Source of the DNA: a virus
Lineage: Duplodnaviria; Caudoviricetes
DNA length: 64,000 nt
Direction: 5' to 3' (one strand)
IMG/VR virus record: IMGVR_UViG_3300033075_000545
Coordinates: 32,001-96,000 of that record
Under the pieces are notes generated by a model. The model searched no databases. It saw only the letters and a program-made list of their open reading frames with translations, and had not been told where the DNA came from. Of this stretch, positions 57,190-64,000 are shown piece after piece (position 1 is the first letter of the stretch; every line of letters begins with the position of its first letter). Both the position numbers and the translations under genes were made by a program.

Positions 57190-58152
57190 ATGGGTTATGA
57201 CTCGAAGTTTCCGCAGGCGGTGTGTCCGATCTGTAGTGGAAACACGTTTGCGACTTTGGACGGTAGTACGACCACACCTGCGGTGGTGTGCCAGTCTTGC
57301 TTTTTAGGTATTGAACTGTCTGTGTCTGAGGATCCGACGAACCAGTATTTTCCCGGGACGTATGATCCTGCGAGGAACAACACCAAAAGCACTACGTCCC
57401 GGTGGGGACGGTTTCATCACGATTGTGCTATCGCCCATCAACGAATGCAACAATGCGCAACGGTACTCAACGACGCAGGACAGACGGGAGCGTTGTGGGT
57501 TGATGTCGGGGCGTGTAATGGTGCCACGCTGGTTACCGCCCGTCGTAGAGGGTGGGACGTTGTGGCGATCGAATCCGATGACGCCGCGTGCGAGGCGCTC
57601 AATAAGGTTCTTGGTATCCATGCCGCGACGTTTAGCGAGTGGCTTGTCTCTGGGACGCTCCGCGACAAATGCAGCGTTATCAGTATGTTTGACGTGCTCG
57701 AACATATCCTCGACTTTCCGGCTGTGATTCGGGCAGCAGCAGGAGACCTCAAAGCTGGTGGCATCGTAATCGTTGAGGTTCCGGATTTAGAGCATTTCGT
57801 ACGTACAGCCGGCGACGCTGTGTTTTCGGATTGGAAGCACCGTCGTGTCAACGCGGAAGTAACGGAGCACCAGTATCACTTTACACAGGCGTCTCTTAAA
57901 AAGGCGTTTGAGGTTTATGCTCCAGCCCTGAAGCTCATCCATGCCGAGGTTCCAGTAGAGGGTAAGCTCCAGTGTGTGTTTACAAAAACAGCAACGACTG
58001 AACCGACACCAGTTGATCCAATCGCCGAACTTGTACAATACGCTCTTACGCTCCCGAAGGATAAGTACACAGAACTGTTAGAAGTGCTGAGGTCTCGGGA
58101 CGCATCCGTTGCTGATGCCGTTGAGGCTCAAGTGCTCAAGGCTAAGAGTTGA
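57190..58152 (+). CDS. Class I SAM-dependent methyltransferase with N-terminal Zn ribbon
   Basis: CPIC..CQSC, VDVGACNG, FDVLEH, GG..IVEVP. Confidence 0.85.
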   Translation: MGYDSKFPQAVCPICSGNTFATLDGSTTTPAVVCQSCFLGIELSVSEDPTNQYFPGTYDPARNNTKSTTSRWGRFHHDCAIAHQRMQQCATVLNDAGQTGALWVDVGACNGATLVTARRRGWDVVAIESDDAACEALNKVLGIHAATFSEWLVSGTLRDKCSVISMFDVLEHILDFPAVIRAAAGDLKAGGIVIVEVPDLEHFVRTAGDAVFSDWKHRRVNAEVTEHQYHFTQASLKKAFEVYAPALKLIHAEVPVEGKLQCVFTKTATTEPTPVDPIAELVQYALTLPKDKYTELLEVLRSRDASVADAVEAQVLKAKS

Positions 58153-58165
58153 GAAAGGGTCGCTG

Positions 58166-59584
58166 ATGAGTTTTCGGAAGTACATGCCTGAAGGGTTTCC
58201 AGTCGAACCCTTTTATCATTTCAAAACACACGGCGGATTGGGCGACTTGTTGTGGGTCTACAAAAGGACTGCGCACCTTGATCACCCGATCTTCCTCAGC
58301 ATTTCCGAAGAGAATCGTGCACGTCCGCGACGAAGCGGAATCCTCGCAGATCACCTCCCACGAGTTATTGGTTGGCGGTTTGATGGGGAGACCTTCGCTC
58401 CTGGTGGACAAGATTGGACGCCAGCTACAGACCCATGTTGCTTGATTGGGAAGACGTGGAAGGAGCTTGGCTTCAAACCCAATACGGCAATCCCATATAA
58501 AGTCGAATGTAATCGGTGGTTAGAGGCGGGTAACCGGATTGAAGGGTGGCTTCCGGATATCCCTGTAACGGCACATCGTATTCAGTTTCAACCGTCAGAT
58601 CCTCCTGATATCAGGTTAAAACCCGACTACGTAGTTTTCCACCTGGCTGGGTGGCCTGACGTATCCGACCAGGTGTGGCGGTCACTTATCACACTGTTCC
58701 GGTTGGTCTGTCACGTGTATGTGGTCGGCGGCAGTTACGATATCCGCCCCAGAGCCATTGTGAATGCGCTCGGTCAACTAGACTCCGTGACGCTTCTGGA
58801 AGATTTGAGTTGGCCTAACTTGTTAGCGGTGATTCAAGGTGCACGGTACGTGTTCGGCCATGCGTCTGGGTTCACGGCGCTTGCTGACGTGCTTGGTAAG
58901 CGGGGAGTGATCAACAATCCGCGGTACGTACCCCGATTGGTGAACACGTGGAATGATTTGACCAATCGCGACCTTTTTTATGCAGCCAACGAGGTCGAAT
59001 TCGAGTCTGCAGTGTACGAAGCGTATCAAGTTGTTACTAAAGAAGCGCCCGCGACCTGGCCTCCACATGCGGCCAAAGGTAAGCGAGTGTGTGCTACAAC
59101 GACCGATCCAGGTGCCGCTATCGAGTCTGCAGCTCGGACAATCCTTCCACGGTCCATTGCAACGTTTGCGGACGAGGGGTCTCCTGCGTGGTTATCTGCC
59201 AGTGCCATTAAAGGGGCCTACGACAATGGATGCCTACTAGATGTGGTACATCTCGTGAATCCGAGTGCTGATTCTCTAGCGGCTGTCTATCGAGAATCAG
59301 CAAGATCTACGCGACGGGCGCTTATTCAGACGTATCGGACGTCGGAGTTGGAAAAGAGCAGGATTTCGGGAGTGGACCTCGCGGTGGTGTACGTTACCGC
59401 GGATCCTTCGACTAGTTTTACAGCAGCCACAGATATGTGGAGGCGGCTGTCTTATCGCGGGGCTATATTGTTGGGCGGTCCGATGGGGGACACCGTTGTA
59501 AGCTCTCTAGCCAAGCTTCTCAAGATCGAACCGGGAACTGTGGACAACGCTCATGGATGGTTTTACATTCACAAGCGTCGTTGA
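58166..59584 (+). CDS. GT-B (GT9-like) glycosyltransferase with an additional C-terminal domain
   Basis: GGLGDLLW, YVVFH, L..VIQGARYVFGHASGFT..A. Confidence 0.55.
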   Translation: MSFRKYMPEGFPVEPFYHFKTHGGLGDLLWVYKRTAHLDHPIFLSISEENRARPRRSGILADHLPRVIGWRFDGETFAPGGQDWTPATDPCCLIGKTWKELGFKPNTAIPYKVECNRWLEAGNRIEGWLPDIPVTAHRIQFQPSDPPDIRLKPDYVVFHLAGWPDVSDQVWRSLITLFRLVCHVYVVGGSYDIRPRAIVNALGQLDSVTLLEDLSWPNLLAVIQGARYVFGHASGFTALADVLGKRGVINNPRYVPRLVNTWNDLTNRDLFYAANEVEFESAVYEAYQVVTKEAPATWPPHAAKGKRVCATTTDPGAAIESAARTILPRSIATFADEGSPAWLSASAIKGAYDNGCLLDVVHLVNPSADSLAAVYRESARSTRRALIQTYRTSELEKSRISGVDLAVVYVTADPSTSFTAATDMWRRLSYRGAILLGGPMGDTVVSSLAKLLKIEPGTVDNAHGWFYIHKRR

Positions 59585-59651
59585 TGTTGCGTGTGACGTT
59601 CGTTTTGGTAACAATACAACGGCTTCACAACCCTACGTTCGAGGTCATACG

Positions 59652-59861
59652 ATGTCTCCACAGGAACGAACCCAAGTTACCCCGTCGTTGGCGTACGAAC
59701 TGGGGTGTGCTGTTGCACTCGTCAAGTTCGCCGCGGAACACCTGAAGACGTCCGCGGAACACCAGGCGCTGCTGTCCCGTCTTACGCCCGACCACAAGCG
59801 ACTCCTCGCGCACTTCCAGGGCGCGAACGAGAGTTTCAAGGCTGCGGCGGATCGGTCTTAA
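59652..59861 (+). CDS. Small hypothetical protein
   Basis: GAGG RBS before ATG 59652. Confidence 0.55.
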   Translation: MSPQERTQVTPSLAYELGCAVALVKFAAEHLKTSAEHQALLSRLTPDHKRLLAHFQGANESFKAAADRS

Positions 59862-59894
59862 AGCACTTCACACGCCAGTTGACGTAGGACACCT

Positions 59895-62450
59895 ATGACT
59901 CCTTCGACCCTACTGTCGCTGGCGGTCAAGAACAGCGCGTGGCTTCCCATTGCGCCCCCGCCATCGCATCCCATCAAGCCGGCAGTTCCTGGCACAACTG
60001 CCGCGCCTCCTGCTGCACCGACAGGTCTCTTGTCGGCACCATACCAACCGACTACTCCTGGCATCGACAAGCCGGCACCGCGTCCGCAGCTCACCCCGGT
60101 TTCTGCGCGGACATCTAACGGTTTCGTTCCAGGTGGAGGCTCTGTTTTGCAAGAGCCTCACCCGACAGGGTATGCTAAGTCCACGAACAACGTTGACGGG
60201 TTCCCTACGGTGGATCGTTTTGGCGTTCCGGATCGTTTGGAGCAGTTGGGATCTAGCAAACCACCCCCTATTTTGCGTCAACACAATCAACCGACAGCCA
60301 CCAACGACACAACGTTACTTACGTCGCATACAAAACCAGAATCACCAGTAACTACTGTTGAGGATACATACCAGAGGGCCGACCCGTTAGGGCGGCCAAT
60401 TAGGGAGGTTGGTGCGCTCGCGCCGAAAGGGTACACGGATGTGGGACCTAGAGGGCCTATTGACGTAGCTCGTGGTATTTACAACGGTATTGATGAGGCG
60501 GCGTCGCCGCTACTGCCAAATATTCCGCTTCCTGGTGGTGGTAGCTACCGTACAGACTTGTCGGACGCACTGTTGACGTTTCCAGCCGCACGTGGTGCTA
60601 AATGGCTGGGAGGTCGGCTCGGTTCTGCATTCGGGTTAGGCGGCGCTGCGGCTGTCGAAGGTACCGGCGCTGCAGGGCTCGCGGGTGCCACAGGTGCTGC
60701 AGCAGCTCCCGCTGTTGCTGGGACGGTTGTACCGGCTGCTCCAAGTTTGGGTAAGTCGCTGTTGAGTACGGCATACAACGTCGCGGCGTATCCTACAGGC
60801 GTCAAGGCGCTTGAATTGCTGCCTCGGATGGCTGTAAACATCGCTAAGGGGCAAGGAAAGGGTCTGGGTGGGAATGCGCTTCGAATGATTCCCGCGACAC
60901 AGGCTCCGGGGCTCGCTCAGAGTCTCGCTGAGCATGCTCAGTATGGACCATTACGTACTGAAGAAGATCTGCTTAAACAGAGGACAGAGGATCCACTTGG
61001 CGCCGCCCTGTCGGGAAACACTGCGGGTAGTTCACTATCCCAGGGGGCTTTCGATAATCTTACACGTACAGCTTTTGGACCATTTAAGGATATGCGGTCT
61101 TTGTTGAAAGGCGAAGGGATCTCTCCTGAGGGAACCCTTGCGACCGCGCGTCAAGGTCTACGAAACGTTGGAACTATCTCTGAAGCTATAAAGCAAAACC
61201 CACGGGCTGCATTTAATCGTATGGGGGAGGGTTTGCGTGTTGAGGGTAACTCTCTTCTGGCGAAACATATCGACCCGACGGATATGTCGAATCCAGCGGT
61301 CCAGTTGGAGACTCTTAATAAAGATCGCCAAGGACTCGCCGCGGAATACCGAAAAGCTGTAGAGACAGGAACACTGAGCCCCGAAGTAGAGCAATCCTTT
61401 CAAGATCGGTTCGCAGCACTTTCAGGACGTGCTGCGACTATCGACCATCCGTCTAAGGGCGGTGTGGGTGCGTCGTCGTGGTATTCGAACCGCGTCAATG
61501 AAGATAAGGTCAAGGATTGGCTCGCAGCAAACCAGGGCAATCCTGACGCGACACGCGTTGCGGATACAACACTACAAGGTTTGAAGACCCATTCGGTTAC
61601 ACAGGACATGCGTCGGGCGTTGGCGGGACGGGATCCTGGCGCGCAGGTTGTAGACTATCCGACAAAGTATGATATTGCGCACGGTACAGCCCTCACGGGA
61701 GGTTCCGATCCGTGGGGACACACACCAGCGAACGCAGCGTTCGCTAAAGAGAAGTTTGAAGCTGCGAAAGCTAAGAGCCTCCCGAATCTTGTGGATGTAC
61801 TGAACAAACAAGTAGCGACACCTCCGGAAGGTGGTGCGGCTTCGTTGGGTGGAGACACATCTGCGGCAGGTGAAATTGCCAACGGTGCGCTTTTATCTTC
61901 GTCTTTAAATAAGAACAAAATTAATCCCGAATCTGGCACGGGAGCTGCAACAGTATCCACCCCGAAAGTGGATTCCGGTCCAGCCGGTGTAAAGGATCCT
62001 GCGCCTGGAGCTCCAGGTGGACACCTGGCCCCCGTCGTACTAGATTCATCTCGGCCGAAAGAAGAGCTAGATTCGAGTCGACAAAACGTCCAAGCCGCTA
62101 TTGCTGGTCCCGGTGGTGTGGCTGCTGCAATAGGTCTCGCGACTCAAGCGGAGCCACCTTCTGGATTCTCGCAGTACTGGAAGTCACTGGAGCCAACCTC
62201 CAAGGTGCTCGCTATTGCGGGCGTCTCCATGGTTGGAATCTCTTTGTTGCGGTCCATGTTCAAACATGAAAAGGACGGCGATGAGGAGGAGGACGAGTCG
62301 TTCCTGATGAAGGCTTTACCATTCATTGGGATTGGTGCCGCAGCGTGGGGTGTGGGTGGGGGAACCCTCTCTAGCCTCCCGAAACTCGAAAAATACAAAG
62401 AGTTAGGAAACGCTGTGGCCGGCTCATTCAATGGTCTTCTCAGCAAATGA
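59895..62450 (+). CDS. Large Ala/Gly/Pro-rich protein with two C-terminal hydrophobic helices (possible internal virion/ejection protein)
   Basis: 851 aa, low complexity; hydrophobic segments VLAIAGVSMVGISLL and ALPFIGIGAAAWGVG. Confidence 0.65.
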   Translation: MTPSTLLSLAVKNSAWLPIAPPPSHPIKPAVPGTTAAPPAAPTGLLSAPYQPTTPGIDKPAPRPQLTPVSARTSNGFVPGGGSVLQEPHPTGYAKSTNNVDGFPTVDRFGVPDRLEQLGSSKPPPILRQHNQPTATNDTTLLTSHTKPESPVTTVEDTYQRADPLGRPIREVGALAPKGYTDVGPRGPIDVARGIYNGIDEAASPLLPNIPLPGGGSYRTDLSDALLTFPAARGAKWLGGRLGSAFGLGGAAAVEGTGAAGLAGATGAAAAPAVAGTVVPAAPSLGKSLLSTAYNVAAYPTGVKALELLPRMAVNIAKGQGKGLGGNALRMIPATQAPGLAQSLAEHAQYGPLRTEEDLLKQRTEDPLGAALSGNTAGSSLSQGAFDNLTRTAFGPFKDMRSLLKGEGISPEGTLATARQGLRNVGTISEAIKQNPRAAFNRMGEGLRVEGNSLLAKHIDPTDMSNPAVQLETLNKDRQGLAAEYRKAVETGTLSPEVEQSFQDRFAALSGRAATIDHPSKGGVGASSWYSNRVNEDKVKDWLAANQGNPDATRVADTTLQGLKTHSVTQDMRRALAGRDPGAQVVDYPTKYDIAHGTALTGGSDPWGHTPANAAFAKEKFEAAKAKSLPNLVDVLNKQVATPPEGGAASLGGDTSAAGEIANGALLSSSLNKNKINPESGTGAATVSTPKVDSGPAGVKDPAPGAPGGHLAPVVLDSSRPKEELDSSRQNVQAAIAGPGGVAAAIGLATQAEPPSGFSQYWKSLEPTSKVLAIAGVSMVGISLLRSMFKHEKDGDEEEDESFLMKALPFIGIGAAAWGVGGGTLSSLPKLEKYKELGNAVAGSFNGLLSK

Positions 62451-62457
62451 GGCGACG

Positions 62458-62649
62458 ATGGAAACGTTTCTTTTTGGTATAAGCTTTCCTCAACTTTTGT
62501 TGTGTGTACTGTTCCCTCTTGCGATCATGAATGCGTCGCAAGCATTCGTTGCATGTTTGTCCTATTTGGGTCTGGAGATCAGTAGATATACTACGGTACG
62601 TCGCGTGGTTGTTATGCGTACCGACGACGATACCGACATGCATATGTAG
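62458..62649 (+). CDS. Small membrane protein
   Basis: GAGG RBS; hydrophobic N-terminal half. Confidence 0.45.
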   Translation: METFLFGISFPQLLLCVLFPLAIMNASQAFVACLSYLGLEISRYTTVRRVVVMRTDDDTDMHM

Positions 62650-62667
62650 CCCCTACGGATCTGACCC

Positions 62668-63225
62668 ATGCCTGCGTTCGATCGATACAGTAAGATCCTC
62701 GCGACGGCGGCGAGGCGTGCTGACACCGACCCCACCGAGGCCCAGCGTGATGCTGGTAACGCTCGTGTGGGGCGGGCCCACATTCACGGCTTTGCTATTT
62801 CAATTACACATCCTAGAGGATCCATCCGTAAGGGCACGTCTGCAGACGGGAATCAATGGTCCCGGGTGCTCCAGAATAGCTATGGGTACATCCGTAAAAC
62901 CAAGGCTGAAGATGGGGACTTTCTCGACGTGTTTTTGGCAGACCATCCCCAATCTCAACTTGTATACACATTCGACTTTCTTACTCCGGATCACGAGCAT
63001 GACGAGACGAAGGCTGTGATGGGGGCTCGTAACATCAATGAGGCCAAGACCGTCATTCGCAAAAACTACCCGGATGGGTGGTTGGATACGCGTATTGGTG
63101 AGATCCGGGGAATGACAACGCAACAGTTCCGTGAGTGGTTGAAGAAGCAGAAGATGTTGAAGAAGTCGGCGGGGGACGTTTGTTATAATCTGGCGAGTAA
63201 GTTACTCAAACTCGCCACGCTATAG
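62668..63225 (+). CDS. Inorganic pyrophosphatase-like (InPase) domain protein
   Basis: AQ..AGN...G...G..ISI..PRGS.R.G....W......YGYI..T...DGD.LDVF..DE.K. Confidence 0.8.
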   Translation: MPAFDRYSKILATAARRADTDPTEAQRDAGNARVGRAHIHGFAISITHPRGSIRKGTSADGNQWSRVLQNSYGYIRKTKAEDGDFLDVFLADHPQSQLVYTFDFLTPDHEHDETKAVMGARNINEAKTVIRKNYPDGWLDTRIGEIRGMTTQQFREWLKKQKMLKKSAGDVCYNLASKLLKLATL

Positions 63226-63236
63226 GTAGGTGTCCT

Positions 63237-64000
63237 GTGCCCCTGAACCCCGACATCGAACTCCAGGAGCACCAGAAGCGCGTTCGGCAGCAGGCAGAAC
63301 AGGCCGCTGCAAGCGGCGATCCATATCGGGTGCTGTTGAACTGGGGAACAGGATCAGGCAAGTCTTTTGGGGCTTTGGGTATTGCCGACGCACTCGGTGG
63401 TCCCGCAACCATTATCGGCCCCGCGGCACTTCGTAATACACTCAAGGCCGAATCCCAACGGTTGTTGGGGCACAACAATTATCCGGTGTACTCCTACAAC
63501 GCCGCGGCGCGGGGAAAGGTTCCCGACGCCCAGACGTTGATTGTGGATGAGTCACAACGTCTTGGGTCTCCGTCGTCTGCACAAGCTCGTGCCGTTCAGG
63601 ATCTAGCATCTCGGGCGAAGAACGTCGTGATGATGTCTGCAACTCCGGTCCGAAACAACCCGGCGGAGTTTGCACCATTGTTATCAATCCTTAAGAACCA
63701 ACCCATCTCCCACGAAGAGTTTGCTAAGAAGTACGTCGGTAATGAGGAAACGAAACCAGGGATTATTGGGAGGATTTTGGGACGCCCCACACTGACCCGA
63801 CCAGCGTTGGTCAACACGGATGAATTGAAGCGTCAACTTGCGGGTCACGTGGACGTGTTCAATCCGGAAACACCACCGGTGAACGTCACCAACGAGCGAA
63901 TCAACGTTGAGATGCCTCGACGTCAGGCGGAGCTGTACCGTGGACTCATTGGCAAGCTCCCGTGGGTGATCCGTCAGAAGCTGAAGATGCATTATCCGCT
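63237..64000 (+). CDS. SNF2-like helicase, N-terminal part (runs off the window; absent from the ORF track)
   Basis: GTG start; LQEHQ, WGTGSGKS, LIVDESQR, MSATPVRNNPAE. Confidence 0.85.
   Translation, partial: MPLNPDIELQEHQKRVRQQAEQAAASGDPYRVLLNWGTGSGKSFGALGIADALGGPATIIGPAALRNTLKAESQRLLGHNNYPVYSYNAAARGKVPDAQTLIVDESQRLGSPSSAQARAVQDLASRAKNVVMMSATPVRNNPAEFAPLLSILKNQPISHEEFAKKYVGNEETKPGIIGRILGRPTLTRPALVNTDELKRQLAGHVDVFNPETPPVNVTNERINVEMPRRQAELYRGLIGKLPWVIRQKLKMHYP

Noticed and set aside
1-64000. Genome-wide TAG reassignment (genetic code 15)
   Set aside because: TAG ends several genes cleanly (12685, 15272, 39598, 51994, 63225) with the next gene in a different frame, and the long genes are intact under code 11. 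Only the SbcD case looks like an interruption.

Overview
This window is a gene-dense, almost entirely + strand segment of a large tailed dsDNA phage genome. It contains a terminase large subunit, a probable portal, a replication/recombination block (class II ribonucleotide reductase, SbcCD-like nuclease, SF2 helicase, DnaB-like helicase, primase, UDG-PolA fusion, RecA/UvsX, DEDDh exonuclease, RuvC-like resolvase), a MoxR AAA/VWA module and a glycosylation set (HldE, two GT9-like and one GT2-like transferases, a methyltransferase). A TIGR02996-like domain suggests a Planctomycetota host (inference). Five inteins are present, each inside a catalytic motif. The most striking is the intein in the SF2 helicase DECH box (34531-35349). 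It has no recognisable in-frame endonuclease but carries a complete Zn-finger/DUF559 (Vsr/EDxHD-like) endonuclease gene nested in the +1 frame (34763-35341), and conserved motifs of both proteins share the same nucleotides. A LAGLIDADG intein also sits directly before the catalytic Cys of a papain-like peptidase. All family assignments come from motif recognition by eye; no database searches were run. No tRNA, rRNA or CRISPR array was recognised.
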